Notes: generated from the letters alone by a model not told the origin. A DNA stretch of 64,000 bases from an uncultured Chloroflexia bacterium (GCA_963749705.1 CAVVNQ010000008.1:288001-352000), one strand, 5' to 3'. Positions 9,572-20,168 are shown, counted from the stretch's first letter. A program made the numbers and translations.

Positions 9572-11263
9572 ATGTCCTTCGATGCTCTCGGGCTGACGCC
9601 CGAGCTCCTCCGTGCCGTGTCCGACGAGGGCTACACGGAGCCCACCCCCGTCCAGCGCGAGGCGATCCCGCTCGTGCTCGCCGGCCGGGACCTGCTCGCC
9701 GGCGCCCAGACCGGCACCGGCAAGACCGCGGCGTTCGTGCTGCCGATCATCCAGATCCTGCACGCGACGCGCGTCCCCGGCACCCCCGCCCCGGTCGCCG
9801 ACGTCCGGCGCGACGGGTCGCGACCCCGCCCCGGCCAGTCCTCGCGGTCGACGCCCGCCACGGCGCGACCGCCGGTCCGCGTCCTGGTCGTCGTTCCGAC
9901 ACGCGAGCTCGCGATCCAGGTCGAGGAGAGCGTTCGGACCTACGGCGCCCACAAGCCCATCCGATCGACCACCATCTACGGCGGCGTCGGCTTCGAGCCC
10001 CAGGTGTCGAAGCTGCGGGGCGGCCCCGAGATCGTCGTCGCGACCCCCGGCCGCCTGCTCGACCATGTCACCCAGCGGACCATCGACCTGTCCCGGGTCG
10101 AGATCCTCGTCCTCGACGAGGCGGATCGCCTGCTCGACATGGGCTTCATCCGCGACATCCGCCGGATCATCGCCCTGCTCCCGGAGCGCCGCCAGAACCT
10201 GCTGTTCTCGGCGACCTTCTCCGACGATGTGCGAGCGCTGTCGAGCCTGATCCTCCACGAGCCCGCTCGCGTCCAGGTCACCCCGCGCAACACCACCGCC
10301 GAGCTGATCGAGCAGGTCGTGATGCCCGTCGATCGTGAGCGCAAGCGAGAGCTGCTGTCCCACCTGGTCTCGTCCGGGCGGGTCAGCCAGGCCCTCGTGT
10401 TCACGCGCACCAAGCACGGGGCGAACCGGTTGGCCGAGCAGCTCGGGCGCGACGGCATCAACGCCTCGGCGATCCACGGCAACAAGAGCCAGTCCCAGCG
10501 CGTCCGCGCGCTCGACGACTTCAAGGCCGGGCGGGTCGGGATCCTGGTGGCGACCGACATCGCAGCGCGCGGGCTGGACATCGAGCAGCTGCCGCACGTC
10601 GTCAACTACGAGCTGCCGATGGTCCCCGAGGACTACATCCACCGCATCGGCCGGACCGGCCGGGCCGGCACCGACGGCCAGGCGATCTCGCTGGTGTGCG
10701 TGGACGAGACGCCGCTGCTGCGCGACATCCAGTCGCTGCTCCGGCGGACGATCCCGTCCGAGGTGATCGAGGGCTTCGAGCCGGACCGCTCCGTGCGCGC
10801 CGAGCCGATCCGCCTGCGGTCCACGCCGGCCGAGCGAGCGATGCATGCCGCGGCCCGCGGCGGATCCTCGTCCCGTGGCGGATCCTCGTCCCGTGGCGGC
10901 TCACCGTCCCGTGGCGGCGCGGTCCAGAACCGGGGCGGCGCGATGTCGCGCGGCCCTGCGGCCCGCGGCGGATCACCGTCCCGTGGCGGCGCGCCGTCAT
11001 CGGCGAGAGGCGGCTCCCCGTCCCGTGGTCACGGTCGCGGCCGCGACGGTCGCGGCTCCGGGTTCTCCGGCGCCCCGACTCCCGGCAGCACGATCGGTCG
11101 CGTGTTCCCCGTGGGCGGCCCCGGCCGCAACGGAGATGGGCGCCCCGCGCATCACGATGGGCGACCGACGCATCAGGCCGACAGCCGCCCGACGCACCAC
11201 GCCCCCAATCATTCCCGGGCCCTCCCCGGCGAGCGCATCCGGCGCCTCGAACCGCGGGGCTGA
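9572..11263 (+). CDS. DEAD-box RNA helicase (RhlE-like) with RGG-rich tail
   Basis: Q motif [34 protein letters not shown]. Confidence 0.95.
   Translation: MSFDALGLTPELLRAVSDEGYTEPTPVQREAIPLVLAGRDLLAGAQTGTGKTAAFVLPIIQILHATRVPGTPAPVADVRRDGSRPRPGQSSRSTPATARPPVRVLVVVPTRELAIQVEESVRTYGAHKPIRSTTIYGGVGFEPQVSKLRGGPEIVVATPGRLLDHVTQRTIDLSRVEILVLDEADRLLDMGFIRDIRRIIALLPERRQNLLFSATFSDDVRALSSLILHEPARVQVTPRNTTAELIEQVVMPVDRERKRELLSHLVSSGRVSQALVFTRTKHGANRLAEQLGRDGINASAIHGNKSQSQRVRALDDFKAGRVGILVATDIAARGLDIEQLPHVVNYELPMVPEDYIHRIGRTGRAGTDGQAISLVCVDETPLLRDIQSLLRRTIPSEVIEGFEPDRSVRAEPIRLRSTPAERAMHAAARGGSSSRGGSSSRGGSPSRGGAVQNRGGAMSRGPAARGGSPSRGGAPSSARGGSPSRGHGRGRDGRGSGFSGAPTPGSTIGRVFPVGGPGRNGDGRPAHHDGRPTHQADSRPTHHAPNHSRALPGERIRRLEPRG
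10856..11030 (+). repeat. imperfect 18-bp coding repeats (RGGS[S/P]S)
   Basis: Repeated cgtggcggatcctcgtcc-like units in the helicase tail. Confidence 0.8.
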
Positions 11264-11299
11264 TCGGACGGGCGGCCCCGGGTCGCTCCACCGGGGTCC

Positions 11300-11385
11300 G
11301 GCCCACGGCGTTCCCGCTCCACACGGGTTCCCGGTCCACGGCGTTCCGCCGCGGCCGACGGGGTTCCGCCGCGGCCGACGGGTCG
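11300..11385. repeat. short intergenic direct repeats
   Basis: ccacggcgttcc twice and ttccgccgcggccgacgggt twice. Confidence 0.6.
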
Positions 11386-11429
11386 CCTGCCAGCGGATCG
11401 CCGCCAGCGGCCACCTCCCGATGACGGCC

Positions 11430-11580
11430 GTTGACCCACAGGCCACGAATTCGCCCGATCGGCGCCTCTGGGAACCATTGTGGCTGGATCCGTGGTCTGT
11501 GCGGCCACGGACCTGGCCCAAATCGCGTCCCGCATCGACGAATTGGGACCCGAGGGCAATTTCGTGGCGCAGGAGTCAAC
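11430..11580. repeat. 151-bp imperfect palindrome (MITE/REP-like)
   Basis: Left end GTTGACCCACAGGCCACGAATTCGCCC vs reverse complement of right end GTTGACTCCTGCGCCACGAAATTGCCC; central ccgtgg/ccacgg hairpin. Confidence 0.6.
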
Positions 11581-11688
11581 AGAGGCCCCCAACGCGCCGC
11601 GGACAGCCGGCAATCGTGGCGGCTGAGGCCACGGTCGGAACGGACTCGCTCCCCGCCCGAGGACCGCGCCCCGATCAGACCGCGGCGA

Positions 11689-12650
11689 TCAGACCGCGGC
11701 GGGCCCCGGCATCCGGGACGACGGCATCCGGGACGACGCCAGCCGTTCCTCGAACCGCTTCGCCGCGGCATCGAGCTTGTCCAGGTGCTCGGCCAGGCGG
11801 CGGCGCGCCTCTTCGGCGGCGGCATCCAGCCCGCTGAGCTCGAAGATCCCCCAGTGCCGGATCACCGGTAGCAGCACCTCGTCCCGGTGGACGCGCAGGT
11901 CGTAGATCCCGGCCTTCGCGATGTCCGCCGCCTTGCGCAGGAAGTTGGGGATCCCGGCGCCCGGCATCTGGAACCGCAGCACCTCGTCGACGATCGCCCG
12001 CACGGCAGCCGACGGCTCGATCGCAGGGCGGCCTTGAGGATGTCGCGGTAGAACACCATGTGCAGGTTCTCGTCGGCGGCGATGCGGACCATGATCCGGT
12101 CCGCGACCGGGTCGTCCGAGTACCGCCCGGTGTTGCGATGCGCGATCCGCGTCGCCAGCTCCTGGAACGCCACGTACGCGAGGCCGTGGAGCGTGTCCGG
12201 TGAGTCGTGGTCGTATCCCTGCTGGAGCTGGCTCATCCGGCCGCGCTCGATGAGCACCGGGTCGATGTTGCGGGTGACCGTGAGGTAGTCGCGGAGCACG
12301 ATGGCGTGGCGACCCTCCTCGGCGGTCCATCGGCCGACCCACGTGAGCCACGCCCCGTCGCCCTTGCCGAACATCCCGTGGATCAGCCGGTGGTAGCTGG
12401 GCAGGTTGTCCTCGGTCAGCAGCCCGACCTCGAACGCGGTCTGGGCGACCCCCTCGAGCCGCGGCTGGTCCGGCGTCCAGGGCTCCTTGTCGAAGTCGCG
12501 GCCGAGCCGGTACGGGACGTACTCGTGCGGGAACCATTCCGCCGCGACCTTGAGGTGCCGGTCGAGGAGCCGTCCGGCCTCGGGCTCGAGCTCGGTGAGC
12601 AGGCGACGATCGAGGGCGGAGATCTCGGACGGATCGAGGGTGTCGGACAC
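11689..12650 (-). pseudogene. acyl-ACP desaturase (DesA-type), one-base frameshift near 12024 (probably a sequencing error)
   Basis: TEDNLPSYH, WTAEEGRH, FQELAT, DENLH di-iron motifs; the C-terminus (FQMPG...AGIYD) continues in another frame. Confidence 0.88.
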
Positions 12651-12839
12651 GGGTCACCAATGGTTGCGGTCGATGCGAGCCGGGACGCGGGTCGCACCGG
12701 AGAGCCGATGATGACCGCTGGGAACGCCCGCCCGATCGGCCGTGCGTGCAGCCCTGCAGGCACCGACGGCCCGGCGCTCTTGCGACGCGGTCCCGGGCGC
12801 GCCAACCCCCCAGGTTGGACCGCGCCGTATCCTTCGGCC

Positions 12840-13682
12840 ATGTCGCTGTACCGCCTCGACGGCCCGATCGCGATCGAGGCCCCGGTCATCATCGCCGCGT
12901 TCGACGGCTGGGTCGACGCGGGATCGGCGGCCACCACCGCCCTGTCGCTGCTGGCGCTCGAGGGTGTCAGGGTCGCGACCTTCGACGGCGACCAGCTGTT
13001 CGACTACCGCTCGCGCCGGCCGACGCTGGACATCCGCGACGGCCGCCTGTCATCGCTGGCATGGCCGGAGCTGACGCTCAAGCACGTGCGGTTCGGCACT
13101 CGCGACCTGCTGGTGCTGACCGGTGCCGAGCCCGACGATCGATGGCGGGCGCTGGGCGACGCGGTGACCGAGCTGGCGCAACGGCTCGACGTCCGCGGCT
13201 GGATCAGCCTGGGGGCGATCCCGGCAGCCGTTCCACACACCCGCCCGGTGCCGATCCTGGGCACCGAGAGCCAGCCGGGCCTGCTGCGGGGCGGCGTCGC
13301 GCCGGGCCCGATCGGCACCCTGCGCGTGCCGTCGGCGGCGCTGTCGATGCTCGAGATGGCCATCGGGGCCATCGGGATCCCGGCGGTCGGGTACTTCGCG
13401 CAGGTGCCGCACTACGTCACGGGCCCGTACGCGATCGCCGCCGTGGAGCTGCTGCGCGCCGTGGAGCAGCACCTCGACGTCGACCTGCCGCGCGGCGCGC
13501 TGGCCGAGGAGGCGCGACAGCTCCGGACCCGCCTCGACGCGGCGGCCGCCGCCGACGAAGCCACGCGCACGTACGTCGAGCGGCTCGAAGCGATGGTCGA
13601 TGAGTCGCGGCTGCCCGAGGGCGACGACCTGATCTCCGAGATCGAGCGGTTCCTGGCTGATCGGAACGCGAACGGCTCATAG
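12840..13682 (+). CDS. PAC2 (proteasome assembly chaperone) family protein
   Basis: FDGWVDAG, DYRSRRP, GAEPD..W, VPHTRP, VPHY. Confidence 0.9.
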   Translation: MSLYRLDGPIAIEAPVIIAAFDGWVDAGSAATTALSLLALEGVRVATFDGDQLFDYRSRRPTLDIRDGRLSSLAWPELTLKHVRFGTRDLLVLTGAEPDDRWRALGDAVTELAQRLDVRGWISLGAIPAAVPHTRPVPILGTESQPGLLRGGVAPGPIGTLRVPSAALSMLEMAIGAIGIPAVGYFAQVPHYVTGPYAIAAVELLRAVEQHLDVDLPRGALAEEARQLRTRLDAAAAADEATRTYVERLEAMVDESRLPEGDDLISEIERFLADRNANGS

Positions 13683-13754
13683 CCGTCCGCACGGCTCGCC
13701 GTCGGACGGCTCGCCGTCGGGCGCCGGTCCGCTCGCACCCGGTCCGGCGGCTCG

Positions 13755-15809
13755 CTAGTAGCGCTCGCGCCTGACCATCACCTTGAGGCCCTTGACCGTC
13801 GCCGCCCGGAGCGCGCGGATCACGTGGTCCGCGGCATCGTCGGGCACCTCGACCAGCGAGAACCCGTCGGCGATCTGGATCGCACCGATGTCGCCGCCAC
13901 GGAGCCCGGCCTCGTTGGTGATCGCGCCCACCAGGTCGCCGGGCCGGACGCCCGCCGCACGGCCCGCGCCCACGAACAGCCGCGTGACGCCCCCGCCCGA
14001 GCCTCGCTTCGGTGCCTGGAGCACGGGCCGCCCCTCGTTGTCGTGCCAGCCGCTCACGCGGAAGCCGCGCCGGGGTCCGGCGCCGGGACGCCCGGGTCCG
14101 GCGGCTGGACGTCCGGCTCGCGCCGGGTACGGGGCCGGGCGCCCGTCCCCATCGTTGCCGCCCGGCCGTGGCGCCCCACGAGATTGCGGCGGGCGCCCGC
14201 GACCGCGCGGTCCGGGACCCCAGCCAGGGCCACCCGGGCCACCTCGCGGATCCTGGAAGCCGGGCAGCCTGGCGGGTGCCAGCTCCTTCTCGTCCTCGGC
14301 GCCCCGCGCCTCCGTATCGGCGAGGCTGAGCGCGGCGAGCGCGATGTCGACGAGGTCGAACTCGGCCGACAGCGGCTCCACCGCGGCACGGTACCGGTCG
14401 AGGCCGCCGGCGACCAGCGTCTCGCGCAGCGTGCCCCGCAGCATGTCCAGCCGGTGCTCCCGCACGTCGGCCACCGTGGGCAGGCCCGCGATCTCGAGCG
14501 GGGTGCCGATCGTGCGCTCGATGTCCCGCAGCAACCGGTGCTCGCGTGGCTCGACGAGGGTGATCGCAACGCCCTCCCGGCCCGCACGACCGGTCCGCCC
14601 GGTCCGGTGCACGTACACGTCGGGCGAGGACGGCACGTCGTAGTTGACGACGTGGCTGATGTGCCCGATGTCGAGCCCGCGCGCGGCCACGTCCGTGGCC
14701 ACCAGGACGTCGAGCGCCCCGTCGCGGAAGCGGTTCATGATCCGGTCGCGCTGCTCCTGCGACAGACCGCCGTGGAGCGCCGCCGCATCGCGGCCGCGCC
14801 CGCTCAGCGCCTCGGCGAGGTCATCCACCTCGCCCCGGGTCCGTGCGAACACGAGCGTGGCGGCGCCGTCCTCGAGGTCGAGGATCCGGCCCAGGGCCGC
14901 GAGCTTGTCGGCCCGCCGCACGACGTAGGCGACCTGGCGGACCCGGGCGGCCTCACCCTCGGGCTGCGCCGCCTGCTCCACGCGGACGCGGACCGGCCGC
15001 TCGAGGTGTCGCTCGGCGAGGCGCGCGATCTGGCCCGCGATGGTCGCCGAGAACAGCGCGGTCTGGCGCTTCTTCGGCAGCGCCGACAGGATCTTGTCAA
15101 GATCGTCCGCGAAGCCCATGTCGAGCATCTCGTCCGCCTCGTCGAGGACGACGGTCTCGACCTCGTCGAACCGGAGCGTCCCCCGATCGAGATGGTCGAC
15201 CGCGCGACCCGGCGTGGCGACCACGACATCGACGCCGCGCGCCAGGCGGTGGAGCTGCGTGGTGATCGGCTGTCCGCCGTAGATCGGCACCACCCGAACG
15301 CCCAGCTCGCGTCCGTAGCGGTGGATCGCCTCGGCGACCTGCATCGCCAGCTCGCGCGTCGGGGTCAGGACCAGCGAGCTGGGCCGGCTCCCCCGACCGT
15401 CCTGCGGCACCCCGCGATTGCCCGCCGGCCGCCCGGCATCGCGATCCGCGTCCATGCGCGTCGCCAGGTGCTGGAGGATCGGCAGCGCGAACGCGGCCGT
15501 CTTGCCGGTCCCGGTGGGCGCCTCGGCGAGCAGATCCTGGCCCGCGAGGAGCGGCGGGATCGCCGCCAGCTGGACGGGTGTCGCCTCCTCGTACCCGAGC
15601 CCGGCCAGCGTTCGCAGCAGCCGGGGATCGAGGTCGAGGGCGGCAAAGCCCTCGCCGTCGGGCTCGGCCTGCGCGGGCGTGGATCGGGCGTCGGCAGCGG
15701 CGGAGTTGGCCGGCTCGAGATCCGGTGGGCCGGCGTCGACGTGGTCGCCGGCGGGCGTCGACACGGGTTCAGGATCGGCCGCGGCCGGATCATCGATTGG
15801 AGAGGTCAC
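13755..15809 (-). CDS. deaD: DEAD-box RNA helicase DeaD/CsdA-like with C-terminal DbpA RNA-binding domain
   Basis: Helicase motifs plus RLFVGAGR...RPGDLVGAITNEAG...IGAIQI..FSLVEVP. Confidence 0.9.
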   Translation of the reverse strand: MTSPIDDPAAADPEPVSTPAGDHVDAGPPDLEPANSAAADARSTPAQAEPDGEGFAALDLDPRLLRTLAGLGYEEATPVQLAAIPPLLAGQDLLAEAPTGTGKTAAFALPILQHLATRMDADRDAGRPAGNRGVPQDGRGSRPSSLVLTPTRELAMQVAEAIHRYGRELGVRVVPIYGGQPITTQLHRLARGVDVVVATPGRAVDHLDRGTLRFDEVETVVLDEADEMLDMGFADDLDKILSALPKKRQTALFSATIAGQIARLAERHLERPVRVRVEQAAQPEGEAARVRQVAYVVRRADKLAALGRILDLEDGAATLVFARTRGEVDDLAEALSGRGRDAAALHGGLSQEQRDRIMNRFRDGALDVLVATDVAARGLDIGHISHVVNYDVPSSPDVYVHRTGRTGRAGREGVAITLVEPREHRLLRDIERTIGTPLEIAGLPTVADVREHRLDMLRGTLRETLVAGGLDRYRAAVEPLSAEFDLVDIALAALSLADTEARGAEDEKELAPARLPGFQDPRGGPGGPGWGPGPRGRGRPPQSRGAPRPGGNDGDGRPAPYPARAGRPAAGPGRPGAGPRRGFRVSGWHDNEGRPVLQAPKRGSGGGVTRLFVGAGRAAGVRPGDLVGAITNEAGLRGGDIGAIQIADGFSLVEVPDDAADHVIRALRAATVKGLKVMVRRERY

Positions 15810-15870
15810 GAGGTGATGCTAGGCCGCATCGGATATCCGCGCCTCGAAACGGGCGCCTCCAACCCGCCGG

Positions 15871-16939
15871 CTACCGCGTCTCGGTCACCTTGCGCAGGCC
15901 GCGCGGCCGTTCGGGGTCGAGACCCCGGGCGAGCGCCAGGTGCATCGCGTGGAGCTGGGCGGGCACGATCGCGGCGATCGGGTTCAGCCACTCCGGCAGC
16001 CCGCCGGGCACGGCCATGGCCCATCGCCCGATGGATCGGGCGTCGGCGTCATCGGACAGCACGAGCACGTCCGCCTCGAGATCGCGGACGAGCGCTCGCA
16101 GCGACGTGGCCAGGGCGTCGCGCGCAGGCCCCGAGGAGACGCTCGCGAACACGGCATCGCCCGGCGCCAGCAGGGCGACCGGACCATGCGCGAAGTCGGC
16201 GGCGCTGTACGGATCGGCCCACAGCTGGGCGATCTCCTTGAGCTTGAGGCTCCACTCGCGGGCCGTTGCATATCCGAACCCGCGACCGAGCACGACGGCC
16301 CGGGCCAGACCGGCCTGGTCTGCCGCGATCCGCGATGCGTCCGGCTCCACCTCGAGTGCCCCGGCGATCGCCTGCGGGACGTGCTCGAGCTCGCCACGTG
16401 CCGGCCCCGGGTCGCCGTCGAGCGCCGCCGACAGCATCGCCACCGCCAGCAGCTCTGCGGTGTACGTCTTGGTTGCCGCGATCGAGCGCTCCTCGCCCGC
16501 GCCCAGGTCGAGGACATGGGCGGCAGCCGCGGCCAGCGGCGAGCCCGGCACGTTGGTGATCGCGAGGGTGAGCGCCCCCTGCTCGTCGCGCGGCCGCGAC
16601 GACGCCGACCACGTCCGGCGACTGTCCCGACTGGCTGACGCCGACCACGATGGCATCGCGGTAGCCCGGCGACGCGTCGTACAGGGTCGCGAGCGACGGC
16701 GCGGCGAGCGCGACCGGCAGCCCGTTGCGAGCCCCGAGGACGTACTGGGCGAACACGGCGGCGTGGTCGGACGTGCCGCGCGCCGCGATCACGACCAGCC
16801 CGGCCTCGCGCCGGCGCACCTCCGCGGCCACGGCGTCGACGACGGGCGCTGCCGAGCGGAGCAGGCGTGCCGCGACCTCCGGCTGCTGGCGGATCTCGTC
16901 GCGCAGGCGGCTCGCGGCTGGGGTGGACGGTGTGGTCAC
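15871..16939 (-). pseudogene. SIS-domain sugar-phosphate isomerase/deaminase (GlmS C-terminal-like), +1 frameshift in C5 run at 16575-16579
   Basis: EIRQQP, ARGTSDHA, SQSGQSPD in one frame; AITN, AATKTY, LKLKE, F.HGP, LRKVTET in the next. Confidence 0.88.
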
Positions 16940-17011
16940 CTGCCCATTGTCGCGGAACCCGCGCCGCGAGGGGGGTTCCCAGCGACCGGCCGGCGGCGGG
17001 ATACTCATGCC

Positions 17012-17461
17012 ATGCGGCGAGTCGAGGCCGAGGCGCTCGTGGGCGCGTCGCGCGAGGAGGTCTGGCAGCTCTACGACGACATCGCGGGCACGCCCCGCTG
17101 GGTGCCGTTCGTCGTGGACGTCGTGTACGTGTCGGGCCCGGCACGGGTCGGGACGGTCTACCGGGAGCGGACGCGGCTGGCCGGCGTGCTCGACACGGGA
17201 CAGTGGGAGATCGTGGAGCACCGCCGTCCCGTCCGCCAGGTGCACGTCTCGTCGGACAAGGGCCTCGACAGCACGCTGATCATCACCTTCGATGCGCGCG
17301 GAACCGGCACCTGGGTGACCGAGGTCGCCGAGCTCCGCTCGCGGCTGTGGGGCCCGCTCGGCTGGCTCCACGAGGCGATCGCCAGCATCCCGGCCGGCCG
17401 CGGCGTGCGGGGCGCGGTCGCCGGCGCCAAGCGCGTGTTCGAGGGCGATCCACCGCGCTGA
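17012..17461 (+). CDS. SRPBCC/polyketide cyclase family protein
   Basis: ASREEVWQLYDD....PRWVP...VGTVYRE pattern. Confidence 0.8.
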   Translation: MRRVEAEALVGASREEVWQLYDDIAGTPRWVPFVVDVVYVSGPARVGTVYRERTRLAGVLDTGQWEIVEHRRPVRQVHVSSDKGLDSTLIITFDARGTGTWVTEVAELRSRLWGPLGWLHEAIASIPAGRGVRGAVAGAKRVFEGDPPR

Positions 17462-17529
17462 CCGGGCGGGCGGCCGGGATGACCCGCGGCGCAACCAGGC
17501 AAACCCCGGGTCATCCGGCAGTGCGGCGG

Positions 17530-18183
17530 TCAGGGAACCTCGATCTCGCGGACCACGGCAAGGTGCCGGCCGGGCCCGGCGCCGTCGCGGGTCACGTGGT
17601 ACTCGATCTCGCGCGGCGACCCGTCACTGAACCGGAAGCGCAGGGTCGAATGCAGGGTCCCTACCGACCGAAGCACCGCCCACATCGCCAGCACATCGTC
17701 CGCCGCCGAGACGTCACCGGGGTTCGCGAACGCCTCGACCTGCTGCCCCCGGAGCACCTCCGCCGGCGCCTCGACGATCTCGGTCAGCGACGTCGACACC
17801 TCAACGAACCGGCGCTCGTCGTCGATGATCGCCCACGCATGGCCCGGCTCCTCCCACCAGCGATGTCCCGGGACGACGCTGCCGAAGCGGTACACGTACC
17901 ACACGGTCTCGGCCGTGCCGGGATCGGCGAGCGAGTCCCGCGGCCGGACGACCGCGGCCGGATACCGGTCGCGCAATCGCCACTGGAGGTCGTGCGCCTC
18001 GATGGGCTTGAGCCGGCGCGTCCGCGACCCCTTCGTCGCCGTCGCCTGCAGGTAGGCGAGCGCGTCCCCGACGTGTCGCCGGAACGCGATGTCCTCGGCG
18101 GGAAAGATCTGCAGGCGCAGGGTCGGGTCAGCGGGCAAGGGGGTACCGATCCGGACTTGTGTGGGACCACGGACATGGTCCAC
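17530..18183 (-). CDS. PAS-like domain protein with an unrecognised N-terminal domain
   Basis: C-terminal IIDDERRFVEVS..L..IV......LRGQ....F...RFSDGS.REIEY resembles PAS; start uncertain. Confidence 0.6.
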   Translation of the reverse strand: MDHVRGPTQVRIGTPLPADPTLRLQIFPAEDIAFRRHVGDALAYLQATATKGSRTRRLKPIEAHDLQWRLRDRYPAAVVRPRDSLADPGTAETVWYVYRFGSVVPGHRWWEEPGHAWAIIDDERRFVEVSTSLTEIVEAPAEVLRGQQVEAFANPGDVSAADDVLAMWAVLRSVGTLHSTLRFRFSDGSPREIEYHVTRDGAGPGRHLAVVREIEVP

Positions 18184-18262
18184 AGGCAACGCCCCGGCGT
18201 CACTCCGCAATGTGCCCTATTCGCGCCGGCCGCTCGGCCGCGGACGGCGGGCTGCCCGGGGA

Positions 18263-18375
18263 ATCAGAAACGGACCGCCTTGCGAACAGGATTTCCGACT
18301 CCGCCGCCGCCCGGCATCCCGCCGGAGGGTCGACGCGCCATCGGATTTGGTCCGAATGTTGGCGGTCCGTTTGAT
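18263..18375. repeat. intergenic inverted repeat element
   Basis: aaacggaccgcc (18268-18279) and ggcggtccgttt (18361-18372) form a perfect 12-bp inverted repeat. Confidence 0.6.
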
Positions 18376-18511
18376 GCGCCCACCCTAGCCCTGGCCGTGG
18401 CGGCGGGGCACCGGCCAGAGGTCAGGGCCGGAGGCAGACGAAGGTCAGGGAACCACCCGGCCAACCGGCCCCGCCCGGGCCGTGCCGGTCCTTCGCGATA
18501 CCCTTGTGGGG

Positions 18512-19225
18512 ATGCTCGCCGCCGACCGCCACCTGCCGCTCGAGGGCACCCGCAACCTCCGCGACGTCGGCGGCTACCCAGCGGCGAACGGCCGCATGAC
18601 CCGCTGGCGGACGCTGCTCCGGTCGGACGAGCTGACGACGCTCCCGGACCACGCGCGCCGGGAGCTGCTCGAGCTCGGTGTCCGCCAGGTCGTCGACCTG
18701 CGCTGGCCGGAGGAGCTCGAGCGATCCCCGAATGCGTTCCTGCGCTCCCCCGTCGTCCGATATCGCAGCGTGCCGCTGCTCGCCGACGATCCCACCCCGC
18801 ACGCCGGCCTCGCCGGCATGTACCGCCACGTGTTCGACGCCCGGGCGCCCCAGCTGGCCGAGGTGGTCAGGGCGCTGCTCGAGGACGAGGGCCTGCCCGC
18901 GATCATCGGCTGCGCCGCGGGCAAGGACCGGACGGGGGTCACGATCGCCCTGCTGCTGGACCTGGTCGGCGTCCCGACGGACGTCATCGTCGAGGACTAC
19001 GCGCTGTCGGCCGGCTACTTCGCGTCGCCCGTGGCACACGTGGCGCTCGATGACTGGCGGCACCACCCGCTCGTGGTCGACAGCCCGCCGGAGTTCATGG
19101 CCAGCGCCCTCGAGCACCTCGACCGGGTGCACGGCGGAGCGCAGGCGCTGCTCCGCCGCCAGGGGATTGCCCAGGCCGACATCGACCGCCTGGTCGACCT
19201 GCTCACCGAGCCGTCCGCCGCCTGA
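18512..19225 (+). CDS. tyrosine-protein phosphatase (PtpB/IphP-like)
   Basis: NLRDVGGY, LLRSD, VVDLR, CAAGKDRTG P-loop, DYALS. Confidence 0.9.
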   Translation: MLAADRHLPLEGTRNLRDVGGYPAANGRMTRWRTLLRSDELTTLPDHARRELLELGVRQVVDLRWPEELERSPNAFLRSPVVRYRSVPLLADDPTPHAGLAGMYRHVFDARAPQLAEVVRALLEDEGLPAIIGCAAGKDRTGVTIALLLDLVGVPTDVIVEDYALSAGYFASPVAHVALDDWRHHPLVVDSPPEFMASALEHLDRVHGGAQALLRRQGIAQADIDRLVDLLTEPSAA

Positions 19226-19286
19226 CCTCCCGGCGATCTCGCGGGCGCATCGTGCACCGGCCGCCCAGGAAGCCTACGATTCCCGC

Positions 19287-19730
19287 ATGGGCCGTGTCGG
19301 CGCCTCCCTCGAGCTCCCCCATCCTCCCGAGCGCGTGTTCGACGTGGCCACGAGGATCGAGGACCTGCCGCGCTGGCTGCCCGAGGTCATCGAGGCCGAG
19401 CTCATCGATGCCCCGCTGGCCCCAGGAAGCCGGGTCCGGCTCAAGCTGTCCGCCGCGGCGGCCGGGGTCGAGGTCACCGGCACCGTCCGGCAGCTGCGCG
19501 CCCCGTCGATCCTCGCCATCGGTGGATCCGGCGGCCCGCTCACCGTCGAGGTCCGGACGAGGCTGCAGCCGGTCGGCGAGGGCTCCACGCGGATCTCGCT
19601 CGAGATCGACCTGACCGCGTCGCCGCTGCTGGGGTTCGTCGCCCGCGAGGCCGAGCGCCGGATCAACGCGGAGCTGCCCGCCTCGCTGCAACGGTTCCGG
19701 GTGCTGCTGGACGCCGACCCGACAGCCTGA
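19287..19730 (+). CDS. SRPBCC family protein
   Basis: PPERVFDVAT..E.LPRWLP pattern. Confidence 0.8.
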   Translation: MGRVGASLELPHPPERVFDVATRIEDLPRWLPEVIEAELIDAPLAPGSRVRLKLSAAAAGVEVTGTVRQLRAPSILAIGGSGGPLTVEVRTRLQPVGEGSTRISLEIDLTASPLLGFVAREAERRINAELPASLQRFRVLLDADPTA

Positions 19731-19772
19731 GCTCCGGCGCGCAAGCGCGAGCGGGGTCGCCGGACCGCCGCC

Positions 19773-20168
19773 TCAGGCCGCGACCGGTGCGTCGCGGTAA
19801 CCGGGAACGCTCACCTCGATCAACGGGCTGTGCTCGACCATGACGTCCAGGTCCGTGCGATTCCAGTTGCGCGCGACGCCCGTCAGCAGCGCGCGACGCT
19901 CCGCCGGATCGGTGATCACGCGGGCGGTCGCCTCGACGTCGGCCTGGGCGAGCTCGTCCTTCAGATGGAGCGTGACCCGCGGGTTCGCGGCCACGTTGCG
20001 GAGCCAGGCCCGTACGCTGCCCGGGCGAGGCATGCCGCTGATGACGATCCGGCCGTCGAGGTTGTGCATGAAGATCTCGATCCGTCGCGGCTGGCCGGTG
20101 CGGCGGCCGGTGGTCGTGAGGTCGATGACCTGGTTGTGGTCGAGTGCGCTTCGCACGAGCTGGTCCAT
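19773..20168 (-). CDS. deazaflavin (F420)-dependent nitroreductase family protein (DUF385-like)
   Basis: LTTTGRRTGQPR...WLRNVAANPRV. Confidence 0.85.
   Translation of the reverse strand: MDQLVRSALDHNQVIDLTTTGRRTGQPRRIEIFMHNLDGRIVISGMPRPGSVRAWLRNVAANPRVTLHLKDELAQADVEATARVITDPAERRALLTGVARNWNRTDLDVMVEHSPLIEVSVPGYRDAPVAA

Noticed and set aside
11270-11400. CRISPR-like short repeats
   Set aside because: Only two copies of each unit, irregular spacing and no cas genes
13690-13720. 15-bp tandem duplication between convergent genes
   Set aside because: Two copies only; likely slippage with no evident function
13824-16241. Long antisense or alternative-frame ORFs (this one and many similar ones)
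   Set aside because: Shadow ORFs typical of high-GC DNA, R/P/G-rich and opposite well-supported genes
16575-16579. Programmed frameshift or phase variation in the SIS gene
   Set aside because: A C5 run is too short and there is no slippery heptamer; sequencing error is more parsimonious
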